This document shows positions 40,659 to 48,605 of a DNA stretch of 64,000 bases, piece by piece (position 1 is the stretch's first letter; every line of letters starts with the position of its first letter). The translations under genes were made by a program, and so were the position numbers. Origin of the DNA: Alphaproteobacteria bacterium (GTDB taxonomy: Bacteria > Pseudomonadota > Alphaproteobacteria > Caedimonadales > UBA1908); the NCBI GenBank assembly GCA_021298595.1, contig JAJTHL010000021.1:36310-100309 (forward strand), read 5' to 3'. The notes below the pieces were generated by a model. That model did not search any database. It was not told the origin of the DNA and saw only the letters and a program-made list of their open reading frames with translations.

Positions 40659-41783
40659 ATGAAAAACTCATGTTCTCTTTTCCGTCTTCTGTTGATGGGA
40701 ATTGCTCTTGCCATGACCCCAACTTGTGGTGCGTCCCCTGACACCGACATGAAAGAGGATAACATCTTCCCCTTCACCCTCCTTCCTCAAGAAGTTCAAT
40801 GGCAGACTTTTGGCCATCTCACCCCTACCGAACACGCAAAAGTTGCCCCCACATGCAAGCTATGGCATCAAAGCTTTCAAGAGCATCTCGCAAACCCTTT
40901 GCGCTCTGAGCGAGGCCAAATGTTGCATGACCCCGTGACACCGTTTCAGCACTTTACACCTGTTGAAGCCGAAAAAAGTCTTACCCTTACCCTTGAACAA
41001 GACGGCTTTGTCTTTGTTCCCTTTGGTCACGAGGCGTTCCTTAAAAATCTGAACGTAATAAGTGATCAGGATGTAATCCCTCTTCTGCCTCATCTTTACG
41101 CCAAGGCTTTTGGCACGAAAGAGGATCCTCTCTCTCCTGAAGATGTCGCGTGCCTTAAGGCTGTGATGCCCTGGTCACGGATCGCACTCACCTCGACGAA
41201 TCAAGAAACCTCTAAAGAGAAAGCGCTGGAAAGCCTTCTTGGTCTTGAGGGTAACCCACGTCTTGTCCGTTTTTCAAAAGAGCTGCCTTTACAGCTTTTA
41301 AAAAGCGAGCCACGAACTTTGGTTCTAACATTCTCAGAACTAACCCAGCATCAAGACTTTTTACCCCCCTTTTTCGCGGCTCACCCCGATCAACAGGTGC
41401 ATTTAGTCGCAGATGACGCGTATTTTGCGCAAAAGTATAATACCTCTAACTGGCATTTTGCGTTTATTCCAAGCGAAAAAATTCTTGATTTGCCTGCAAA
41501 AAGTCTTTCAACGGTGCGCCACCTCATCTTGTCCGACCCCCACCATATGGTCACCGGTATGGGGTCACGCTTCTTGATGGATGCAAAAGATCTTCTTTCC
41601 GTTGATATAAAAGGTTTTAACAAGGTGCAAACCCTTCAGCCGGGCTTCTTGAAAAACGCAACGTCCCTTTGTGAGCAGTCAAAGAAGAAGATTCAGCAGT
41701 TTAAAGATGAAGTGGCCAAAGGAAGGCCAGCTTTGCACCCTGATTTTAACCCCGTAGCTTATTTGTCGAGCGGCGCCCTTTAG
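40659..41783 (+). CDS. signal-peptide protein with F-box-like motif and LRR-like C-terminal region (paralog 1)
   Basis: Signal peptide MKNSCSLFRLLLMGIALAMTPTCGA. LLPQEVQWQTFGHLTPTEHAKVAPTCKLWHQ matches the LPxE..(I/F)..L...E..(K)V...CKxW spacing of eukaryotic F-boxes without gaps. The C-terminal L..VDIKGFNKVQTLQPGFLKNATSL is LRR-like. Confidence 0.65.
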   Translation: MKNSCSLFRLLLMGIALAMTPTCGASPDTDMKEDNIFPFTLLPQEVQWQTFGHLTPTEHAKVAPTCKLWHQSFQEHLANPLRSERGQMLHDPVTPFQHFTPVEAEKSLTLTLEQDGFVFVPFGHEAFLKNLNVISDQDVIPLLPHLYAKAFGTKEDPLSPEDVACLKAVMPWSRIALTSTNQETSKEKALESLLGLEGNPRLVRFSKELPLQLLKSEPRTLVLTFSELTQHQDFLPPFFAAHPDQQVHLVADDAYFAQKYNTSNWHFAFIPSEKILDLPAKSLSTVRHLILSDPHHMVTGMGSRFLMDAKDLLSVDIKGFNKVQTLQPGFLKNATSLCEQSKKKIQQFKDEVAKGRPALHPDFNPVAYLSSGAL

Positions 41784-41825
41784 AATCCCCATAGAAAAAT
41801 AAGGACACCCACCTTTACTTGTCAG

Positions 41826-41871
41826 CATCCCTTTTGGCTTTTTGATCAAAGAAGTCAAAAGGGATGTTTTT
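41826..41871 (+). terminator. rho-independent terminator
   Basis: catcccttttg (41826-41836) pairs with caaaagggatg (41856-41866), followed by ttttt. The loop is itself near-palindromic. Confidence 0.7.
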
Positions 41872-41942
41872 AGCCTTTAACGCGACGTAAAAAGCTTTAG
41901 GATACCTGGGTTCTCAGGTGAGCCTTTGCCGTTTCACCTTAC

Positions 41943-42185
41943 TTATCCTTTGACGCCCTTTAAGAAATGCTGCCTATGCTCCTCTTGAAGGTTGCGTTGA
42001 TGACCTCCCTCCACATCGATGATGGACAAAAACGTGCATGACCAAAGTACACATTGCCTTCTTTGAAAACACCCACATGGTTGGGACCTCGGTGGCAAAG
42101 ACTTTCCACCATGACGCGCACAAGCCCTTCGGAATCTGCAAGGGGCCTCTGGCGCCAACATCACAAGCCCTGCAATTCCGCACAT
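41943..42185 (-). pseudogene. decayed 5' fragment of a glutamine-hydrolysing asparagine synthase (asnB-like)
   Basis: Begins MCGIAGLV (class II amidotransferase nucleophile) and later reads LSIIDVEGGHQ. The intervening CHRGPNHVGVFKEGNVYFGHARF is only readable in another frame, and a T5 run at about 42031-42035 restores the frame if read as T6. No synthetase domain follows. Confidence 0.55.
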
Positions 42186-42364
42186 GGTTCATTTTCCTTT
42201 GGTCCATGGATAAAAAGTCATCATTGGTTTTTTCGTGGGCTCGGCAAGGGCGCGCCCCCGTGGCGACGGGGATAACCCTCTTTTTCTTTCGTCACGCAAA
42301 ATACCTAACGACTTAAACCATAAGCACTCTCCCTCTTGCACTCAAAGGAAAATACAAAATAAAT

Positions 42365-42394
42365 TTGACAATTTTTTTTTAATGATCCTATGTA
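42365..42394 (+). promoter_or_regulatory. sigma70-like promoter with a T9 tract in the spacer
   Basis: TTGACA (42365-42370), 18-nt spacer atttttttttaatgatcc, then TATGTA (42389-42394). Confidence 0.4.
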
Positions 42395-42424
42395 GAAACA
42401 TACAAATCAAAAAAAGGATTTTAC

Positions 42425-43579
42425 ATGAAACAATTTCTCTCTCTTTTCAGTCTTCTCTTGGTCGGCGCCAGTCTTGCTGTCAGCCCTGTATGTCAGGCGT
42501 CTGCCACCCCTCTTGACGATACAGAAAATCCGTCTTCCCTCAGTCGCCTTCCCGTGAAACTTCAATGGATCATTTTAGAAAAACTCACCCCTGAAGAAGA
42601 AGGCCGCGTCGCCACCGATTGCAACCTCTGGCACCAAGGTGCTCAAGAACATTTAACAGCGCCCTTGCGCCTTGAATGCGATCAGATGCTCTATGACGTC
42701 CCTACACCGTTTCGGGACTGGTCGCTTTTGGCCGCAAATAGGGCTCTTGCTCTGACCCTTGACGAAGACGGCTTTGTCTTTGTACCCTTTGGCCCCTACT
42801 ATTTTCCAGAACACAGCACCGCGCTTTGTGATGAGGACGTCGCCCCTTTCCTGTCGCAACTCTATGAAAAAGCGTTTAGCGAGAAAAAAGAAGCCCTTTC
42901 ATCCCAAGATCTCTTGTGCCTAAAGGCAGTCCTTCCTTGGTCACGTGTGGTGGTGGATCTACAAAAAGAGGGGATGAAAGCAAAGGCCTTAAACGTCCTC
43001 CTTGACCTTAAGGGTAACCCATCACTTATTCGCTTTTCACAGGCTCTAACGCGTGAAATAGTGCAAAATACCCCCCACACTCTGGTTTTAACCAATCAAG
43101 AGCTGAAGCATTATCAAAGAAGGCTCAAGGATCTTTTTGGAGCGCACCCAGATCAATGTGTTCACTTAGTGACAGAAGTGCCACGTAACATAGTGATAAG
43201 GAGTCCCTCTTTTCCATCCTCCGAGCCCATAGGCTGCCTTGCCTTGAGGGAAGGGCTTTTGAGCGGCGTGCGCCATCTTAGGGTGTCAAACCCCCATCAT
43301 GAAGCCGCCCTCGTGGGAAAGTTCTCACTCGCACCAGATCTTATCTCCCTTGATATAAAAGACTGGAGCGCGCTTAGGCAAGTATTCGAGCACTTTGCCG
43401 AAGGCGGCGTCTCTCTTGTCTCTTTTGACCCGAGGGGACTTACCGGTGTCGTCAAACTTGATGAGACCTTTCTTCACCACGCCACAAACCTCAATGATGA
43501 CTCAAAGAAGAAAATCGAGCGGTTCAGAAAAGAGGTGGAAGAACGACACACAAAAACGCAAAAAAAGCGTGTCGGTTAA
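42425..43579 (+). CDS. signal-peptide protein with F-box-like motif and LRR-like C-terminal region (paralog 2)
   Basis: Signal peptide MKQFLSLFSLLLVGASLAVSPVCQA. LSRLPVKLQWIILEKLTPEEEGRVATDCNLWHQ. Collinear with paralog 1 (LTLDEDGFVFVPFG, CLKAVLPWSR, VRHLRVSNPHH). Confidence 0.65.
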   Translation: MKQFLSLFSLLLVGASLAVSPVCQASATPLDDTENPSSLSRLPVKLQWIILEKLTPEEEGRVATDCNLWHQGAQEHLTAPLRLECDQMLYDVPTPFRDWSLLAANRALALTLDEDGFVFVPFGPYYFPEHSTALCDEDVAPFLSQLYEKAFSEKKEALSSQDLLCLKAVLPWSRVVVDLQKEGMKAKALNVLLDLKGNPSLIRFSQALTREIVQNTPHTLVLTNQELKHYQRRLKDLFGAHPDQCVHLVTEVPRNIVIRSPSFPSSEPIGCLALREGLLSGVRHLRVSNPHHEAALVGKFSLAPDLISLDIKDWSALRQVFEHFAEGGVSLVSFDPRGLTGVVKLDETFLHHATNLNDDSKKKIERFRKEVEERHTKTQKKRVG

Positions 43580-43584
43580 GGACG

Positions 43585-44418
43585 TTAATACCCAAACTGG
43601 GTTTCGGGCAAGGTTTGTCCGCCGTCCACAACTAACGACTGTCCCGTGATATAGTGCGCCTCGTCACTGGCCAAAAACAGGTGCGCGTGGGCAACCTCAT
43701 GGGGGGTGCCAAGGCGACCCATGGGGATGGGGGCGACGCGCTCTTTGATCGCCTGTGGGGAATTTTTCTCGAAAAGCCCTTCTGTTTCAATATTGCCAGG
43801 CTCGACGGCGTTCACCGTTATGCCGTCCCGGGCAAGCTCAACCGCGATGGTTTTCATAAAACCCGTCAGCCCCGCCTTCGCCGCCGTATAGTGGGACTTT
43901 CCAGGAAGTCCCACGCGTGGTCCGGAAATCGAAGACGTATACACAATGCGGCCATATTTTTGTTTTTTCATTTGGGGAAGAACGGCTTTGGTCACCAAGA
44001 ACACACCGTCTAAATTGGTTTCAAGGGCCTCGCGCCACTGGGCATAGGTCATGTCTTCGGCCTTAGTGAAGGGAAAAAGGCCAGCGGCGTTATGGATCAA
44101 AACATCAAGGCGTCCGTGTATTTTAAGAATCTCCTCCACAACGCGCCTCATGTCTTCTTCCTTGGTGATGTCGGCGACCGAATACCTGATGTCTCCTCCC
44201 TTGGCTTTAAGATCGTTTGTCACCTTTTTCAGCTTTGTTTCGGTCCGGCTGATGATGGTCACGCGCGCGCCTTCCCCCACAAAAACGTCGGCAATGCCAC
44301 GGCCAATCCCTTGACTGCCGCCTGTGATCAAAACGACTTTATCTTTCAGGCGGTCTTGGGCGTGAAGGCTCACGCTCCAAAATCCTACCAACATCAACGC
44401 GAGGCTTTGTTTTATCAT
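43585..44418 (-). CDS. short-chain dehydrogenase/reductase with an N-terminal signal peptide
   Basis: MIKQSLALMLVGFWSVSLHA, then TGGSQGIGRG, NAAG and YTAAK SDR motifs. ATG 44418 was chosen to avoid overlap with the upstream gene. Confidence 0.8.
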   Translation of the reverse strand: MIKQSLALMLVGFWSVSLHAQDRLKDKVVLITGGSQGIGRGIADVFVGEGARVTIISRTETKLKKVTNDLKAKGGDIRYSVADITKEEDMRRVVEEILKIHGRLDVLIHNAAGLFPFTKAEDMTYAQWREALETNLDGVFLVTKAVLPQMKKQKYGRIVYTSSISGPRVGLPGKSHYTAAKAGLTGFMKTIAVELARDGITVNAVEPGNIETEGLFEKNSPQAIKERVAPIPMGRLGTPHEVAHAHLFLASDEAHYITGQSLVVDGGQTLPETQFGY

Positions 44419-44446
44419 CGGATTATCTTTTCTTTGCTGGCATGTC

Positions 44447-45388
44447 TTACAGGGCGTCACCCCATTCCTTTTTCTTGTAATCATGATAAAGCGCTTTCTG
44501 CTTTTTCGAGATCGTCCGGCGCACCAGCGCCCCTTCTGCCTCGCACGCGTCCAGGATTATGTGCCCGGAACGCTTTAAGGGGGGGCGCACAAGTCTGCCG
44601 TGGGGAAGGGCTGTTTCCTGGGGAGACACAACCAGATAACTGTATTTTTCAAACTCAAAAGGGTGGGTAACGTCTTTAACCTGACGGTGAAGGGCCTCTC
44701 GCTTAACGGGCACATTAAAGTGGCACCAGTCCGGCGCCCTTAAGGGACAGGGAGCCGCGTGGGGGCAAGGGGCCACCATATGCGCGCCCTTTTGCAACAG
44801 AAAATCCCTTGCCTCAAGAAGTCCTTTGGCGTGGCTCGGCGTCCCGGGTTCCACCATGATAAGATAACGCGCCGCACACGCATACCCACGCGCCAGCACC
44901 TCAAAACGGCGCGCGGGATCAAGCTCTGCCCACACATAGCTTAAGACCACCAAATCAGCAGGCTCGGCGCCTTGGTACGACAGAAGATTTTCCTTTTGAT
45001 GTATAATCGCAAGGGCGTCGTCTTCTTTCCACAACTCTTTCGCAAGGGACAAAAGCTCTGCATCTTGCTCAACCAAGGTGGCTTTTTGAAGGGGCGCAAG
45101 CCCCTTAAGAGCCCATATTACCGTCCCCGGACCCGCCCCCAGATCCAAAAGACTTGTTATCTTATCCATATCTGGCACAAAGCCCAGGACCGAGCGCAAG
45201 GCCGCGTAGGTGCTGGGCATTCGGGTTGCAAGGTACGACAGACGCTGGGCACGCGTGTGCATGCGCACATCCCCATGCCCATGATACCGGGCCGTTAAGG
45301 CCGCGCGCTCTTGCTGCAGAATAGATAACGACGTGTCATCACAAAGCTTTTTCAAGCGTTGATATAAAAGGGGTGGCAGGTCAATCAA
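44447..45388 (-). CDS. Rsm22-family SAM-dependent methyltransferase
   Basis: LDLGAGPGT SAM motif and a C-terminal Cys cluster (CPHAAPCPL..WCHF) as in Rsm22-like proteins. Family call is from memory of the motif pattern. Confidence 0.65.
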   Translation of the reverse strand: MIDLPPLLYQRLKKLCDDTSLSILQQERAALTARYHGHGDVRMHTRAQRLSYLATRMPSTYAALRSVLGFVPDMDKITSLLDLGAGPGTVIWALKGLAPLQKATLVEQDAELLSLAKELWKEDDALAIIHQKENLLSYQGAEPADLVVLSYVWAELDPARRFEVLARGYACAARYLIMVEPGTPSHAKGLLEARDFLLQKGAHMVAPCPHAAPCPLRAPDWCHFNVPVKREALHRQVKDVTHPFEFEKYSYLVVSPQETALPHGRLVRPPLKRSGHIILDACEAEGALVRRTISKKQKALYHDYKKKEWGDAL

Positions 45389-46344
45389 GGTGATTTCTTT
45401 CTTTGAGGAAGGGCACTTGGGTGCGCCTTTTCATATACTGCTTTCAGGTGCGAGGTCTGCACTTCTGTGTAACGCTGGGTGGTGGAAAGGCTTGCGTGGC
45501 CCAAAAGCTCTTGAATGGTGCGAAGCTCTCCCCCGGACGCTAAAAGATGCGAGGCATAACTGTGACGCAGGCTGTGGGGCGTTGTGTGAGTGGGCAAACA
45601 AAGCTCTACCCGCAGGCGGCGTACTTGCCGCTGGGCAACGCCGGGGGCGAGCCGAGCGCCTCTGGCCCCTAGGAAAAGGGGCGCTTTGGAATTTTCTTTT
45701 TGGGGATGCACGTGCACGCACGCCTCAATGGCTTTTTGAACCACGGGCAAGAGCGGCACCAGGCGCTCTTTACGCCCCTTTCCCATAAGGCGCAGCTGCG
45801 CGCGCGCAGGCACGACGTCTTCAACGTTAAGAGAAAGCGCCTCACTCAGACGAAGGCCCGCGCCGTAAAGAAGGGTGAGAAGACATTGATCACGCTTGTC
45901 CATCCACACTTCGGTGTTTTCTTGGGGGGCGCTGGCGGTCAGGGTGCTTGCGTCCTCTTCGCTTAAGGGACGGGGCAAAATGGTCGAGAGTCTTGGCGAT
46001 TTCAACGCGTCTAGCGCGTTGTTTTCAATCCCGTAACGCAGATGTAAAAAGTGGTAAAACGTGCGGAGCGCTGACAGAGCACGGGCATTGGAGCGCGCGC
46101 CCACGCCGCGCGTAAGGCGTGTGGCAAGAAAACTGCGCACCTCTTGGGGCGTCAGGTGCCCAAGAGCCGCGGGAGAAAGAATGCCCTCTCCCCGAAAGTC
46201 TTGTAGGAAAGTAAGGAAATCTTGCAAGTCCTTGCCATAATTCAAAACCGTATGGGGGCTTGCGTCTTTTTCGACCACAAGGCTTGTTTGCCACGCCTCC
46301 AAAAGCCCTGAAAGAGCATCCCCCAAAAAGGTCAGATCTGCCAC
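45385..46344 (-). CDS. xerC: tyrosine recombinase XerC (chromosome dimer resolution)
   Basis: LLYGAGLRLSEALSL, and HSLRHSYASHLLASGGELRTIQELLGHASLSTTQRYTEV containing the catalytic Y. Tightly packed in a core operon (tal-xerC-rsm22). Confidence 0.8.
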   Translation of the reverse strand: MADLTFLGDALSGLLEAWQTSLVVEKDASPHTVLNYGKDLQDFLTFLQDFRGEGILSPAALGHLTPQEVRSFLATRLTRGVGARSNARALSALRTFYHFLHLRYGIENNALDALKSPRLSTILPRPLSEEDASTLTASAPQENTEVWMDKRDQCLLTLLYGAGLRLSEALSLNVEDVVPARAQLRLMGKGRKERLVPLLPVVQKAIEACVHVHPQKENSKAPLFLGARGARLAPGVAQRQVRRLRVELCLPTHTTPHSLRHSYASHLLASGGELRTIQELLGHASLSTTQRYTEVQTSHLKAVYEKAHPSALPQRKKSP

Positions 46345-47004
46345 TTATTTGTCCAGGATCGTTTGGCCCGTTGCTTGCCAGTCCTTTTCAAAAAGCTCGA
46401 GGCCCTTTGTGGTCAGCGGATGGGCATAAAGTCCCTCGAGGACCTTGGGCGGCAAAGTCGCAACGTGGGCACCTGCCTTAGCGGCTGCGACCACATGATC
46501 GGCGTTACGTACAGACGCCGCCAAAATCGCGGTTTCATAGCCACCCTTTTCATAGATTTCACGGATGTCAGCAATAAGCCCAACACCGCTTTCACCAATG
46601 TCATCAAGCCGTCCCATAAAGGGTGATATAAAGGTCGCGCCCGAGTTTGCCGCAAGAAGTGCTTGGGCCGCTGAAAAACAAAGGGTTACGTTCACACCAA
46701 TGCCTTGCTTGGTCAAACGGTCACAGGCCTTAAGGCCGTCCTTGGTCAGCGGCACCTTAATAATAATGTTGTCGGCAATGGCGCTGAGGACTTCAGCTTC
46801 TGCCAGCATACCGCTGACGTCAGGCAGAGTTACCTCAGCGCTGATGGGGCCTTCAACCAACGAGCAGATTTGGGCCAGCACGTCCTTGATGGCCCGACCG
46901 CTTTGGGCGATAAGGGTCGGGTTCGTTGTCACACCCATGATCATACCAGTGCTGGCCCACTGCTCGACCTCGAACACATTGGCGCTATCAATAAAAAATT
47001 CCAT
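46345..47004 (-). CDS. tal: transaldolase / fructose-6-phosphate aldolase (short type 3B)
   Basis: 219 aa: MEFFIDSANVFEVEQW..GVTTNPTL..KVPLT (Schiff-base Lys region). Confidence 0.88.
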   Translation of the reverse strand: MEFFIDSANVFEVEQWASTGMIMGVTTNPTLIAQSGRAIKDVLAQICSLVEGPISAEVTLPDVSGMLAEAEVLSAIADNIIIKVPLTKDGLKACDRLTKQGIGVNVTLCFSAAQALLAANSGATFISPFMGRLDDIGESGVGLIADIREIYEKGGYETAILAASVRNADHVVAAAKAGAHVATLPPKVLEGLYAHPLTTKGLELFEKDWQATGQTILDK

Positions 47005-47121
47005 CTTGATTCCTTTCTTTGACTTTCTTTAACCCTAACGAAAGATTTCTGTCGCTACAAGCGCCCTTGACCTTAAAAAAACACCGCGTTAGAGTGCCAT
47101 CATCATCTGTCGTCAGCCACT

Positions 47122-47197
<76 letters not shown>

Positions 47198-47230
47198 CCT
47201 TATTTTTAAGAATTTCGCACTTTATTGAAC

Positions 47231-47268
47231 GTCGCCCTTTGCACGCGCGGGGCAAAGGGCGACGTTTT
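47231..47268 (+). terminator. rho-independent terminator after tRNA-Thr
   Basis: Perfect 12-bp stem gtcgccctttgc / gcaaagggcgac with a 9-nt loop, followed by gtttt. Confidence 0.8.
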
Positions 47269-47278
47269 AGAGAGGGGA

Positions 47279-48385
47279 TTACTTTTTACGCAAAATCACA
47301 GACAAGTACCACATGGTGGGGTCATCCTTGATCACTGTGTGATCAATCAAAGTGAACAAATTGCCAAGATAAGGCACAAAAGTCTCTAAGGTGTGATAGA
47401 AGCGACCTTGACGGAGGACATGTTGCCCTTCGGAGTTCATAAATTCAACTTTTTGAGAGGGCTTTATAAGGTCAGGTATCTCAGTAGCGCGCACTTCATC
47501 CGGAACAATGGAAACACCCACAGGGATCGCAAAGCCAAGACTAATATCACTTTTCGTATCTTAGAAAATCAAACCCGGGTTTTGAATCTCTTCACATGTT
47601 CTTTTTTGAAAGGCTTCCCACTCTGGCTCTCCTGGCGTGGGCGTCAAAAATGTCAGGGTCGCATAACCGCCAGGTTTTGTCGCCAACGCCATATTCTTGA
47701 TCATGGTGCTTGTTTCTTGAGGGTCCAAAAAGTGCAATACTTTATTGGCGTTCACAAGGGAAAAACGGCTGTGCCAATCCTCTGGGATCTTCAGTTCGGG
47801 ATCCGCCAAATTGCCTTTTCTATAAGAAATCTGGGGCGTCAGGTTTAGTTTACCGCATACTCTGGCAACTTCTTGCTTAAATGCGCCAATCTGCTTTCTG
47901 TGAATATCGATGGTGGTCACTTTTTTCCCAAGGGCAAGAGCCACAAGGGTATCGGGACCCATACCCGGACCAATATCAAGAATTTCATCGGCGTCGGACT
48001 TCATACACAACGAAGCAAAAGGGCCAAGGACTGTGGCAGATGGGGGAAAACTATAGCCGGCTTCACTCTTAATTTTTCCCACACCGTCCCGAGAAATACC
48101 GCCGTCATCCTCGAGAATGGCCTGGGGATCTTGGGGCAAAAGCCGCAAAACCAGTTTAGCCCGCACACGCGATCTCACATCTTCAACGGCTTTGTCGACG
48201 GCATCAGCGCACGAAAGCCCCGCGAAATCAGAAAACTGTACGCTTGCATGGCGGCTTTGGTCTTCTAAGGACTCTAACGCATTCCTGCCCTGGCCATCAC
48301 AGGCCTAACCAGCGGTGGCCGTTGCGCTTAACACACACCAGACGCTTCCAATGATCATTGAAAAGTTCTTAACTAGTATTTTCAT
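47279..48385 (-). pseudogene. signal-peptide class I SAM methyltransferase interrupted by two in-frame stop codons
   Basis: A single frame reads MKILVKNFSMIIGSVWCVLSATATAG-TAG(48305-48307)-ACDGQ..ILDIGPGMGPDT..LATKPGGYATLTF..NPGLIF-TAA(47561-47563)-DTKSDISLGFAIPVGVSIV..RKK. The two ORF-track entries 47561..48178 and 47279..47521 are pieces of it. Confidence 0.65.
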
Positions 48386-48534
48386 GTTTCCTCAATAAAA
48401 CATTTTTGACAAACCGAAAATTCGTACACTTCCTTATTTGATGTGTCAATTTGGAAATCTAGTCAGAGGGCATTTTTGGCAACCCCGTCCATGACCTCAC
48501 AGGCAGATCGTTACAATGTTTATGTTGACAAATC

Positions 48535-48563
48535 GTAAAGAAATATATAAATAATGAGTGCGT
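48535..48563 (+). promoter_or_regulatory. sigma70-like promoter of the kinase-like repeat protein
   Basis: TTGACA (48535-48540), 17 nt, then TAAATA (48558-48563), about 45 nt before ATG 48606. Confidence 0.5.
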
Positions 48564-48605
48564 TTTATAGATTTGCTTTCTATTTAAAATTCACTGGATA
48601 ACGTC

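Noticed and set aside
45385-46344. A tyrosine recombinase about 0.8 kb from a tRNA gene, considered as a possible island integrase.
   Set aside because: The motifs match chromosomal XerC (IQELLGHASLSTTQRYT). The gene is packed with 0-4 nt junctions between tal and the Rsm22-like gene on the opposite side of the tRNA from the accessory genes.
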